Positions 30,056 through 39,684 of a DNA stretch of 64,000 nt are shown here, one piece after another. The translations under genes and the position numbers were made by a program. The stretch comes from Methanobacteriota archaeon (GTDB lineage Archaea; Thermoplasmatota; Thermoplasmata; SG8-5; JAGLSY01), in the NCBI GenBank assembly GCA_020696385.1, contig JAEHCQ010000001.1:352001-416000 (forward strand). The letters are read 5' to 3'. Every line of letters starts with the position of its first letter. Position 1 is the stretch's first letter. The notes under the pieces are model-generated. The model had not been told where the DNA came from. It saw only the letters and a list, made by a program, of their open reading frames with translations, and did no database searches.

Positions 30056-33000
30056 CTTCCCCCCTGCATTCTTTTTGTGCTCCTGCTCTTCCAGGAACGT
30101 GCCTCTTCGAAATCAGGATCCAATTCCAGAACCTTATCAAAGCTCTTGATGGCCTCTTTATATTTCTCGGCCTCATGCTGAGTTATTCCCCGGGCCAGCC
30201 AATTTTTAGGATTCTCAGCGCCCATCTTAACAGAATAATCCATGGACCTCATGGCATCGTCATATTTTCCGATGTCCTTCTGGGCAACACCCAACAATCT
30301 CCATACATAATCATTTTCGGGGTCCAGCTTCAAAGCTTCCCTGTAAAGTTTAATGGCCTCATTGTACCCGCCATTCTTGTACATCAAACGTCCTTTTCCT
30401 ATCAAGGCATCGACATTCTCCTCATCCAGCTCCAGTGCGTGGTCATACGCTTCCCTGGATTCCTCTATCTTCCCCTGGCTTCGATGAACATCTCCCTTCA
30501 AAGTGAGAGCCCGGACATCATCTGGATATATCCGCAATGCGCTTTCCAGTGCCTGGATCGCGCCACCCCACTTCCCTTTCTTGAGCATGATATCCGCCTT
30601 GCCGATCAATGCATCCGCATTTGTTGGGGCGAATTCAAGCAATCCTCTGTATATCTTTTCAGCGTCATCATCCTTGCCCTTCTCCATCAACATGTCCGCC
30701 TTCTTTATCCAGGCATATTCATATTCATCATCCAGGCTTATTGCTCGATCATAGAATTGTAAGGCCCCACCCCATCTTCCTTTCTGATGGAGTACATCTG
30801 CCTTTTTGGCCCAAGCTTCTGGCTCATCTGGGTCGATATCAGATGCTTTCTCATAGCATTTGTAGGCCTCGTCATATCTCTCAAGTCCTGCAAAGCCATC
30901 CCCGATACCCAGCCATGCATCTTTATTGTCCACATCTGCCTCGATAACACCATTGAAGCACACGATGGCATCCTCATACAATTCGGCCTCGAGATCCATG
31001 GATCCAAGTAAAAGCCGGGCTTCGACGTGTTCCTTGTCCAGCTCCGTGGCCATCTTCAATGCGATAGAAGCATCATCATATTCTTCAATATCATAATGCC
31101 CTCTTCCTTTCATATAATAGGCCTCGGCATTGTTCTCATCAGATTCAAGGACCCTGTTCAGCATCTTGATCCCTTGTTTCTCCCGGCCCATCTCGATCAA
31201 TAATCCAGCCTTGTTTACCTGGAATTGATAATTATCCGGGTTCATATTGATGCCTGTGTCATAGCATAACAAGGCTCCCTCTTCATCGCCTTCTTCTACG
31301 AGCTCCTCCGCCCTTTCAAGAAGTGCGATCTCGTCATTGGACATCTCTGTATCATCGGAGATGTCTTCATCTTCTTCATCATCTTCATCTTCGATCTCAG
31401 CATCTGCTGGCTCGATTATTTCTGGCTCATCAAGTACGAGCATTTCGTCGATATCGGCCTCTGCCTGCAATTCATCGACATCTATCCCCTCTTCGATGTC
31501 GAGGTTATCCTCGATATCCATTTCTTCTTCAATATCGGGAATATCGGCTATTTCCTTGCTCGGAGCCTCGGCATCGGGCTTCCCACTGCCCATTTTGCCG
31601 AAGATATCATCCACATCCTGGAACTCAGCTTCGACATCGATGGTTCCTAACTCAGCCTCGACATCGTCTTCATCTTCTGTATCAAATGCATCTGTGAGAT
31701 CGGCGATATCTGGCTTTTCTATCTCATCCACGGTATCTTCAATTTCATCTTCCTCATCATCTTCCTCATCATCTTCCTCATCATCTTCCTCATCATCTTC
31801 AACATCATCTTCAACAGTGTCTTCCTCAAAGGCCTCTTCGATATCGGAGAGTATATCTTCTTCAGGTGAAGTATCAACTGGCTCATCAATATCTGCAATA
31901 TCTGCCAGTTCATCCACTTCTTCCTCAATAGTGGATGTTGGCTCGATGGCTTCATCAATACCCGCCATTAGCTCGTCCTCCAGAGAAAGTGGCGCATCAT
32001 CTTCGATGGCTTCCTCTTCGATCTCGGCCATGGGTTCTTCAATTATTGGCTCTGGTTCGGGCTCAGGTATGATATCTGGTTCTGGAGCGACCACTACCTT
32101 TTTCTCCTCTTCCACAGGCAGTGGTTCTGGCTTTGGTTCTTCCATTGATTCCGCACTCTGCGGAATATCTGATATTGACGACTTTGCCAACCTTCTTATG
32201 AATTTAGGTCTGGATGTGATGGACTTGGCCAGATCATAGCATTCAACGGCCTCGTCTATATTGCCAAGCTTGGTGAGCGCATCACCCTTTCCGATCAAGG
32301 TCTCCGGGTGATTCTCATCCAGTCTGAGCGAGAAATCATAACACATTATGGCCTCTTTGTATTTGCCAATCGACATCAAAGAATCGCCCTTGTGCTTCCA
32401 TATACCAGCTTCCTTCGGAGATAGTAATAACGCCCTGTCAAAGCTCCTCAGGGCGTCCTCCTCCTCACCAATATTGAGGTGAGATGTTCCCTTGACATTC
32501 CAGATCATTCCATCTTCTGGATCCATTTCAAGGTATTCCTTGCTGGCCTCGATGGTCTCATTAAATCTTTCAATTGAATAAAGGACCACGATAGAATTTC
32601 GCCTTGCTGGCATGTATCCATCATCTTCCTCAAGGGCCCTTTCATATTGCTTCAAGGCCAGGTCCGCACATCGACCCCTTATCATCTTCGCATCCTTGTC
32701 ATCAAAAGCAATATTGTCCTTCATTGCATTGACATTGAGCCAGGATATGTTCCCAAGCATGGTCTCCGCCCTGGCGTCGAAGCCAAGATCCGTATATCGC
32801 TCATGAAGTTCATGGGATATGTCCTTCAATCTATTTCCTATATCGACCGCTTCCTTCGTGATCAGAATATCCTCATCTGGCTGTATCTGCACCGGTATGC
32901 CAAGATGTAGCAGGAAGCGTCTGATCTTGGACACCTGCTTCTCGATATCCCCCTCTGACTCGATATTATCATCGATCTTATTTACATCATCTTCCAGAGA

Positions 33001-33234
33001 TGTCAAGTCTTCAAAAGAGATCGAGTTGGTGGATGAAGGACCTATAACGATGGACACAGAGCCTTTCTTTCGGACCCTGGACAGTGGGCTTTCGCCAATT
33101 AGTGAATAGCCAGTGATAAGAGCCGGCGAATTTTCTAGACCTTGTTTCGTACATGTGCCGCATATTAGGCCATCACGGATCAGCTCTCCACAACCTATAC
33201 AGTCCAACAATTCACCACATAGTAAATATACCAT
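30052..33234 (-). CDS. Large TPR protein with N-terminal Zn finger and long acidic disordered linker
   Basis: CIGC...CGTC; TPR arrays flanking a roughly 290-aa D/E/P-rich segment; ATGA overlap with the next gene. Confidence 0.88.
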   Translation of the reverse strand: MVYLLCGELLDCIGCGELIRDGLICGTCTKQGLENSPALITGYSLIGESPLSRVRKKGSVSIVIGPSSTNSISFEDLTSLEDDVNKIDDNIESEGDIEKQVSKIRRFLLHLGIPVQIQPDEDILITKEAVDIGNRLKDISHELHERYTDLGFDARAETMLGNISWLNVNAMKDNIAFDDKDAKMIRGRCADLALKQYERALEEDDGYMPARRNSIVVLYSIERFNETIEASKEYLEMDPEDGMIWNVKGTSHLNIGEEEDALRSFDRALLLSPKEAGIWKHKGDSLMSIGKYKEAIMCYDFSLRLDENHPETLIGKGDALTKLGNIDEAVECYDLAKSITSRPKFIRRLAKSSISDIPQSAESMEEPKPEPLPVEEEKKVVVAPEPDIIPEPEPEPIIEEPMAEIEEEAIEDDAPLSLEDELMAGIDEAIEPTSTIEEEVDELADIADIDEPVDTSPEEDILSDIEEAFEEDTVEDDVEDDEEDDEEDDEEDDEEDEIEDTVDEIEKPDIADLTDAFDTEDEDDVEAELGTIDVEAEFQDVDDIFGKMGSGKPDAEAPSKEIADIPDIEEEMDIEDNLDIEEGIDVDELQAEADIDEMLVLDEPEIIEPADAEIEDEDDEEDEDISDDTEMSNDEIALLERAEELVEEGDEEGALLCYDTGINMNPDNYQFQVNKAGLLIEMGREKQGIKMLNRVLESDENNAEAYYMKGRGHYDIEEYDDASIALKMATELDKEHVEARLLLGSMDLEAELYEDAIVCFNGVIEADVDNKDAWLGIGDGFAGLERYDEAYKCYEKASDIDPDEPEAWAKKADVLHQKGRWGGALQFYDRAISLDDEYEYAWIKKADMLMEKGKDDDAEKIYRGLLEFAPTNADALIGKADIMLKKGKWGGAIQALESALRIYPDDVRALTLKGDVHRSQGKIEESREAYDHALELDEENVDALIGKGRLMYKNGGYNEAIKLYREALKLDPENDYVWRLLGVAQKDIGKYDDAMRSMDYSVKMGAENPKNWLARGITQHEAEKYKEAIKSFDKVLELDPDFEEARSWKSRSTKRMQGGR
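31745..31816. repeat. 12-bp tandem repeat encoding acidic DDEE/DDVE units
   Basis: TCATCTTCCTCA x4 plus TCATCTTCAACA x2. Confidence 0.9.
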
Positions 33235-33359
33235 TTAGGATAAAAAGCTTATTAATATAATATATATAATAATATCTAAAGAAATATTCAAAAATCAAAA
33301 AGCATCGAAAAGAGCATCGAAAAGCGATATTTTGGATGGTAAAAGACGCATGAAGATCA

Positions 33360-34283
33360 TCAAAGACCGATGATCGCGGTAACTCTGATCTCCTTCATGG
33401 CCACACTATCATCAATAAAGGCAATGGTGGGAATATCATGCCCATGATCACACAAAGATGCGAACCTCTCCGTGAACTCGGTCGCCCAGGCCTCGTTTAT
33501 ACCGAACCCTTTGGCAAGGAATATGGCGCATTTTGGATCCAGGACATTCAAGGATAGCCAGTCGGACTTTTGAAGCTCTTCATTTATGACAAATATAGGA
33601 TCATCACCCCGCCATTCGGCAATATCCATTCTGAAGATGTGGCTGATCTTAAATGTCTTCTTCAATTCCTTCAAACAACCTCTGTCCAGATCTGTGAATT
33701 CCCTAATGGGTGTGGCGACCACCTTGTTCATCACCTTGAAGGCCTCCATGAGAGGAAGATTGGGTACTTCCTTCAGGATTTGATCATTCTTGAAGACCAC
33801 CGCACTGCCCCACTTTCTCAAAGCCTCCAATTGGTGTGTGGAAGTGTGGCGTTTTTGAATCCCCTCGGCATTCAGCGGGGTGGTTATCAGAGCGAGCGGC
33901 GTCGCTTTGGATATTCTGGCAGATCTACAGACCAGGGATGCTAACCATCCTCCATTATTTCCACCAAGGCCAGCTATGGGAAATACAAGGTCATAACCTT
34001 TCAGAAGATAGCTGAGTTGGGACTCGGCATCATTGTCAGCATAATGTGAATCTTTGGCCAGCGCCGACGACTGTGCGTCCTTGGAGCTGATGATCATCTC
34101 CTCCTTAGCACCTGTATTGGATATTTTTCGCCTATCGGAGGCGATGGCTATCTTCTTCACATTGGGGGGAAGATCAATACTGCGGAGGGCATTGCAACCC
34201 ATACCACCACACCCCACGACAGCTATCTTGAGAGGGTTCTGGCTCGCGCTTTTTCTGAAAATCATGGTCCCATCCACAGTCAT
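33360..34283 (-). CDS. Highly divergent FtsZ/tubulin-family protein
   Basis: KIAVVGCGGMGCNAL T1 loop, AGLGGNNGG degenerate signature, TTPLNAEG, FKVMN, IRVTAIIG. Confidence 0.85.
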   Translation of the reverse strand: MTVDGTMIFRKSASQNPLKIAVVGCGGMGCNALRSIDLPPNVKKIAIASDRRKISNTGAKEEMIISSKDAQSSALAKDSHYADNDAESQLSYLLKGYDLVFPIAGLGGNNGGWLASLVCRSARISKATPLALITTPLNAEGIQKRHTSTHQLEALRKWGSAVVFKNDQILKEVPNLPLMEAFKVMNKVVATPIREFTDLDRGCLKELKKTFKISHIFRMDIAEWRGDDPIFVINEELQKSDWLSLNVLDPKCAIFLAKGFGINEAWATEFTERFASLCDHGHDIPTIAFIDDSVAMKEIRVTAIIGL

Positions 34284-34383
34284 CCGCTCAGAATTGGGTT
34301 CAACCCCTAAAAACTTTTGGCAGATTATTATTGCGAAAAGTGGATATGTCATAGTAAATTACCCACCTTAGAAGTTGAACATT

Positions 34384-35319
34384 ATGGACATGTACCTTGT
34401 AGGAGCTTCAGCCGCGGTATTCACATCCGCACTATGGACCATAAATGCAATTCTATTCACATCCGCTGGCAAGCGAATCGGAGCCATCAGTGTCAATGCC
34501 TGGCGCATACTATTCGCAGTTATTCTTCTATGGGCGACCCAGATACTTGTTTTCGGCAAGCTGTTTCCCGATGCCACTAGCGAGCAATGGTTCTGGATCG
34601 GACTGAGCGGGATTATCGGGCTGGGTGTGGGTGATTTCGGGCTTTTCGCTTCTTTTGTCATCATCGGCACACGAAGATCAGTTCTTATGATGTCCCTATC
34701 AGCCATATTCGCATCAATTGCCGCCTTCTTCCTCTTTGACGAGACATTACAGATGGTGGCCGTCGTTGGTATCGCAGTTACATTAACTGGCGTCATCATG
34801 GTGATTATCGAGGATGAGACCAAATCAGATGAGAGAAAATTGTCCAAGAAGGAAAAGACCTGGGGGATTTTCCTTGCTCTTGTCGGAGCTATTGGACAAG
34901 GGCTTGGATTGGCCTTTCTGAAGAAGGGAATGCTCCTCTATCCTGCCGCTGATGGCTTGAACGAGGCCATGTCACTGGCCGTCACATCCACCTTGATCAG
35001 GATGATGCTGGGTGCGGTCTTCGTGTGGGTGGTCGTCACCATTTGGGGTAAACTGCCGGAGATCAAGGAAGCCCTGAAGGACAAGAAAGGTATGAAATAT
35101 GTCACTGCTGGATCCTTCATCGGGCCCTTCATTGGCGTCACTCTCTCAACTCTCGCTGCCTACCTGGTGGAAGTGGGTGTTGCCCAAACCCTCCTTTCTC
35201 TGATGCCGGTTTTCATAATCCCGGTCGTCTGGCTTCTTTTCAAACAGAGGACCAGCTGGCGGGGTGTGGTGGGAGCTTTCATCGCGGTGGCTGGCGTGGC
35301 CATATTGTTCTTATTGTAA
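34384..35319 (+). CDS. DMT/EamA family transporter
   Basis: About 10 TMs in two EamA-like repeats. Confidence 0.88.
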   Translation: MDMYLVGASAAVFTSALWTINAILFTSAGKRIGAISVNAWRILFAVILLWATQILVFGKLFPDATSEQWFWIGLSGIIGLGVGDFGLFASFVIIGTRRSVLMMSLSAIFASIAAFFLFDETLQMVAVVGIAVTLTGVIMVIIEDETKSDERKLSKKEKTWGIFLALVGAIGQGLGLAFLKKGMLLYPAADGLNEAMSLAVTSTLIRMMLGAVFVWVVVTIWGKLPEIKEALKDKKGMKYVTAGSFIGPFIGVTLSTLAAYLVEVGVAQTLLSLMPVFIIPVVWLLFKQRTSWRGVVGAFIAVAGVAILFLL

Positions 35320-35433
35320 GCTATGGGTGTCCCCGTTCGATTCATTCTCACACCCAAGTTCGTCAATTGCCTTCATACCTTTAATTAACATAATATACCA
35401 TTAGGAAATTCTAGGTTGACATAAGGTGATTAC

Positions 35434-36372
35434 ATGGCAACTGGCAGTGGATTTGGAAAGGCAATATTGTTCGGCGAGCATTTCGTCGTGTATGGAAAGG
35501 CATCGATAGCTTCAGGAATATCAAAGAAAACAACAGCGACACTTGTCGAGGGAAAAGAGCCTGGCTTCAAGATAATCGACAAGAGACCGGCGGCCGATGG
35601 CTATATCGAGAAATACGCGGAAGCTCAGCGAGAATCTGTCGAGCTCATGAATGCCGCGGTCTGGCATCTGGATTTCGATGCCAGTCCGGTCGAGGTCACC
35701 ATCGAAGGCGATCTTTACTGCGCCTCCGGTGTGGGGGCTTCAGCGGCCAGTTGCGTCGCAATGGCCAGGGCTGTTTCCGAGCATTTCTCTCTTGATCTCA
35801 GCGAAGAGCAGATCAACTTCTGCGGCCTGGAAGGCGATAAGGCTTATGCCGGAACGCCCAGTGGCATCGACAATACTTGTTCCACCTATGGCGGTCTCAT
35901 CTTTTTCAGAAAGAACCTGGATGGCGGCCCAAATCAAATGGATCAAATAACTCTCGGCAAACCATTGGACATCCTTTTGGTATCTACTGGTGTGACGACC
36001 AAGACAAAGCTCGCGGTCGATGGCGTGCGGGAAAGAAAGGAGAAGGATCCAGAATATTACGAACCTATCTTTGACCAGGCTGAGGAAGTGGCGATCAAGG
36101 CCAAGGATGCTCTTGCACAAGGTAATTTGATAAAAGTGGGCCAGCTCATGGACGAGAATCATGAGCTTTTGCAGGAAATTCGAGTATCCCATCCAAAACT
36201 TGACCATCTGGTCGATCTCACAAGGGAGAATGGAGCATTGGGCGCGAAGATGACTGGCGGTGGCATGGGCGGATACATGATCGCGCTCTTCTCGGATGAG
36301 GAGACGCAGGAAATGGCTGCCAGGGTCTGCGAGTCTGAAGGGTTCAAGGTCATCAGGGCGCGGATTGGGTAA
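35434..36372 (+). CDS. mvk: Mevalonate kinase
   Basis: GKAILFGEHFVVYG, GVGASAA, PSGID, GAKMTGGGMGG. Confidence 0.92.
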   Translation: MATGSGFGKAILFGEHFVVYGKASIASGISKKTTATLVEGKEPGFKIIDKRPAADGYIEKYAEAQRESVELMNAAVWHLDFDASPVEVTIEGDLYCASGVGASAASCVAMARAVSEHFSLDLSEEQINFCGLEGDKAYAGTPSGIDNTCSTYGGLIFFRKNLDGGPNQMDQITLGKPLDILLVSTGVTTKTKLAVDGVRERKEKDPEYYEPIFDQAEEVAIKAKDALAQGNLIKVGQLMDENHELLQEIRVSHPKLDHLVDLTRENGALGAKMTGGGMGGYMIALFSDEETQEMAARVCESEGFKVIRARIG

Positions 36373-36497
36373 TACAGAATATTGCAGGCCACCTGCCATC
36401 TCCCTATCTATTCGGTTCATGATCGTATATAGTTAAGAGCGTACGCAAATATAAAATAGATTTCTCTCAATATCCATTGCATAATGGGAGTGTGTGA

Positions 36498-37811
36498 ATG
36501 GACCTACGCAAATTCTTGGACAAGTTGGAAGCTAGTGGCAAATTGATAAGGGTGACGAAAGAAGTAAGCACGGAATACGAGATAGCCAATGTCATAAATT
36601 CTTTTGGAGAACAACCCATTATCTTTGAAAATGTAAAGGACAGTGATTTTCCAGTATTTGCCGGGATCACGTCTTCCAGAGATATTATCGCGGATGGCCT
36701 GGGGACTGTGAAAGAGGATCTCCTTCTCAAGATGGTCCGAGCACTTCGCGAGCCAGTAGAGCCAGATATAGTTGATGGGGCTGACGCACCTTGTCAACAA
36801 TTGGTCGTCCACGACCCAGACCTTTCCAGGGTTCCATTTCTCATGCATCTGGAAGGCGATGGCGGTAGATACGCCACCGCCACATGCGCAGTTATCAAGG
36901 ATCCTGAAACTGGTCGAAATATGTCATATCACAGATTGATGTATCGTGGTGGAAACAAATTCACTGCCAGGCTTATTCCCAAGCGGCAAACTCGAACTAC
37001 TTATGACAAGATCGAAGACGAAATGGAGATCGCGGTCTGTATCGGAAATTCAGTTCCCGTGATGATAGCGGCTTCTCTGGGTCCAGCTTCCGGAACAGAT
37101 GAGCTGGCCATTGCCAATGCACTCGGCAAGACCGACCTCGTAAAATGTGTGACCAAGGACCTTGAGGTTCCAGCAAATAGTGAGATCGTTCTTGAAGGCA
37201 GGCTTATCAAGCAGACGGATATCGAAGGGCCATTTGTCGATCTTACTGAAACTCGTGATTTCGAAAGGCAGGAGCCAGTCTTTATCGTGGATTGCATCAC
37301 GCACAGGAAGGGCGCGATGTACCAGGCTCTTCTCGCTGGAAGGAACGAGCACAAATTACTGATGGGTATGCCGAAAGAACCCACCATATACGATGAAGTT
37401 AGTAAAGTATGCAAATGCACGAACGCGGTCATCACACTGGGTGGTGGTTCGTGGTTGCATGGCATTGTTCAAATTCAGAAGGAAAATGAGGATGATGGAA
37501 GGAAAGCGATCGAAGCAGCTTTCCTCGGCCACAAGAGCATGAAGCACGTGATCGTGGTCGAAGATGATGTGGATATCTTCGATCCCATAGCGATCGAATG
37601 GGCACTGGCAACCAGATTCCAGGCTCACAAGGATGCGATCATAATGCCGGGTCAACCCGGCTCTTCACTGGATCCATCCGGCGATCACAGTGGCAAGAAA
37701 ACCATCATCACAAAGGTTGGTCTGGATGCCACGAAACCGGCTGGGGTCGACCCTGCCAAGTACGTGAAAGTAAGCTACAAGGATGTGAATACTGATGAAT
37801 ACCGTGGGTGA
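36498..37811 (+). CDS. UbiD-family decarboxylase, probable anhydromevalonate phosphate decarboxylase
   Basis: NMSYHR, EIVLEG, EGPF, VEDDVDI, WALATR, SSLDPS; mevalonate gene context. Confidence 0.88.
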   Translation: MDLRKFLDKLEASGKLIRVTKEVSTEYEIANVINSFGEQPIIFENVKDSDFPVFAGITSSRDIIADGLGTVKEDLLLKMVRALREPVEPDIVDGADAPCQQLVVHDPDLSRVPFLMHLEGDGGRYATATCAVIKDPETGRNMSYHRLMYRGGNKFTARLIPKRQTRTTYDKIEDEMEIAVCIGNSVPVMIAASLGPASGTDELAIANALGKTDLVKCVTKDLEVPANSEIVLEGRLIKQTDIEGPFVDLTETRDFERQEPVFIVDCITHRKGAMYQALLAGRNEHKLLMGMPKEPTIYDEVSKVCKCTNAVITLGGGSWLHGIVQIQKENEDDGRKAIEAAFLGHKSMKHVIVVEDDVDIFDPIAIEWALATRFQAHKDAIIMPGQPGSSLDPSGDHSGKKTIITKVGLDATKPAGVDPAKYVKVSYKDVNTDEYRG

Positions 37812-38112
37812 AGGAAAGTTCAGGGTCTGGCTCCAATGCGAGGGAATAGGTAATGACCTGGTCTACATGCTTGGTGGCGGTGAGAGATCGCATATAGGAA
37901 GCATAGTCCTCAAGATACCTCAGAAAGAAGTGGAAATATTGAACCTGGAAGGACATTACGATCACAGAGTTTTAGTTCCTATTGCGGAGGCAGCAGCCCA
38001 GAAGTACCACAAGAAAGTGGTGGCACTGGGTGGAGTTCACATTGATAATGCAAGCAAGGACGATATTGAACAATTGGTCGCGAATTGCATGGAGTTGATA
38101 AAGTGCATCTGA
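37795..38112 (+). CDS. LpdD-like (prenylated-flavin chaperone) small protein
   Basis: IGNDL...GGERSHIG...GHYD...GGVHIDNASKDDI. Confidence 0.75.
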   Translation: MNTVGEGKFRVWLQCEGIGNDLVYMLGGGERSHIGSIVLKIPQKEVEILNLEGHYDHRVLVPIAEAAAQKYHKKVVALGGVHIDNASKDDIEQLVANCMELIKCI

Positions 38113-39293
38113 CGAAAGAGCAGGAAGGCATGCTGGCTGGAGAACAGGGAGAAGTTGTGGAGCGATTGTTCCGTCTGCTTGTACGATTGGGAGATATCTA
38201 TGGCGCGGAGGAAATGATACCCGTAGGTAGCGTGCAGGTTGCGGGCGTGTCATACAAGTCAATTGGTGATCCAGGTCTGGATTTCCTTGAGGATTTCGCA
38301 GCCAAAGGAGCGAAGGTGAAAACCTTAACATATCTCAACCCCGCTGGCATGGACATGGAGAACTGGAAAGAAGTAGGATTTCCAGAGGACTTCGCCAAGC
38401 CCCAGATAAGGATAATGGAAGCATTCAGGAAGATGGGCATAGTGGTCACGGCCACCTGCACCCCTTACCTCGCAGGTAATCTGCCAAGGTACAGGGAACA
38501 TATCGCATGGTCCGAGTCTTCCGCAGTATCATTCTCCAATTCCGTGATCGGAGCCAGGACCAATCGAGAAGGCGGGCCATCAGCACTGGCAGCCGCGATA
38601 TGTGGCGTAACACCAAACTATGGTCTTCACCTGGACGAGAACCGCAAGCCAGACATCATTGTGAAAGTGGATAAAGAATTGGAATTCAGCTCGGATTATG
38701 GAGCATTGGGGTATCATGTTGGAAAGCAGGTGAAGAATAAAATACCTTATTTCACCGGAATACCCAGCTCGGCAAACACTGACCAATTGAAAGCACTCGG
38801 GGCAGCCATGGCCGCATCCGGCGCGGTTGCACTTTACCATGCTGAGAGGCTGACGCCGGAAGCTCAGTTGATGGATGTATCCGGACTGGAAACCATCAAT
38901 GTCGGAAAGGATGAGATGGCCAGTACATACGAGAAGCTGAATACAGGCTCGATACCGGACATCGCGATACTTGGATGTCCGCATGCGTCATTACGTGAGA
39001 TAGGGAGTTTGGCTGGTAAACTGGAGGGTTTGAAGATCAAAAGACCCATCTGGATATGCACCTCCAGGGTGATGAAAGAGGCAGCTGAGCGTATGGGCTT
39101 TGTGGAGATCATTGAAAAGGCCGGTGGTAGAGTGGTCGCCGATACCTGCATGGTGGTCTCACCCATTGAAGAAATGGGTTTCAATATAACTGGTGTCAAT
39201 TCAGGAAAGGCCGCGAACTACCTGCCTGGCTTCTGCCAGCAACAGGTCGTGTTCCATGACGTGGACGAATTGATCAGGAGGTTGTCAGCATGA
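38103..39293 (+). CDS. Aconitase X large subunit (phosphomevalonate dehydratase large subunit)
   Basis: GVSYKSIGDPG, TCTPY, WSESSA, GCPH, DTCMVV, NSGKAA; GTG at 38103. Confidence 0.9.
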   Translation: MHLTKEQEGMLAGEQGEVVERLFRLLVRLGDIYGAEEMIPVGSVQVAGVSYKSIGDPGLDFLEDFAAKGAKVKTLTYLNPAGMDMENWKEVGFPEDFAKPQIRIMEAFRKMGIVVTATCTPYLAGNLPRYREHIAWSESSAVSFSNSVIGARTNREGGPSALAAAICGVTPNYGLHLDENRKPDIIVKVDKELEFSSDYGALGYHVGKQVKNKIPYFTGIPSSANTDQLKALGAAMAASGAVALYHAERLTPEAQLMDVSGLETINVGKDEMASTYEKLNTGSIPDIAILGCPHASLREIGSLAGKLEGLKIKRPIWICTSRVMKEAAERMGFVEIIEKAGGRVVADTCMVVSPIEEMGFNITGVNSGKAANYLPGFCQQQVVFHDVDELIRRLSA

Positions 39294-39673
39294 AGGGACG
39301 AATGATCAACCCCGGTAAAGTCGAGGCCGAGGCCATCGTGTCCAGCGAGCCCATCGGATTCTATGGTGGCATCGATGCAAAGACCGGCATCGTGATCGAG
39401 AAAGGTCACCAGCTTGAAGGACAGTCTGTCACAGGCAAGGTCCTTGTCTTCCCACAGGGAAAAGGCTCCACTGTCGGATCTTATGTCATTTACGGATTGC
39501 ACATGAATGGTGTTGGCCCAGCAGCTATAATCAATAAGGAAACAGAGACGATAGTGGCTACAGGCGTGATACTGGCTGATATTCCATGTGTCGATGGCAT
39601 AGACATCGATCAGATAAAGACTGGCGACAAACTGAAGATAGATGCTGACGAAGGCCTTGTCAATATACTGTAG
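39290..39673 (+). CDS. Aconitase X swivel subunit, DUF126 (phosphomevalonate dehydratase small subunit)
   Basis: GKVLVFPQGKGSTVGSY, PAAII. Confidence 0.92.
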   Translation: MKGRMINPGKVEAEAIVSSEPIGFYGGIDAKTGIVIEKGHQLEGQSVTGKVLVFPQGKGSTVGSYVIYGLHMNGVGPAAIINKETETIVATGVILADIPCVDGIDIDQIKTGDKLKIDADEGLVNIL

Positions 39674-39684
39674 GCAGGCTACTG

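Noticed and set aside
31337-32239. 300-aa Ser-rich ORF on the + strand (also 28326-28886 and 26919-27371)
   Set aside because: Antisense shadows of Asp/Glu-rich codons in the TPR genes
33250-33280. Xer dif site (TAATATCTAAA resembles a right arm)
   Set aside because: No matching left arm at 6-bp spacing; simply AT-rich
35740-36420. Long antisense ORFs (also 43042-43878, 15942-16511, 42110-42709)
   Set aside because: They overlap well-supported genes and show no recognisable motifs
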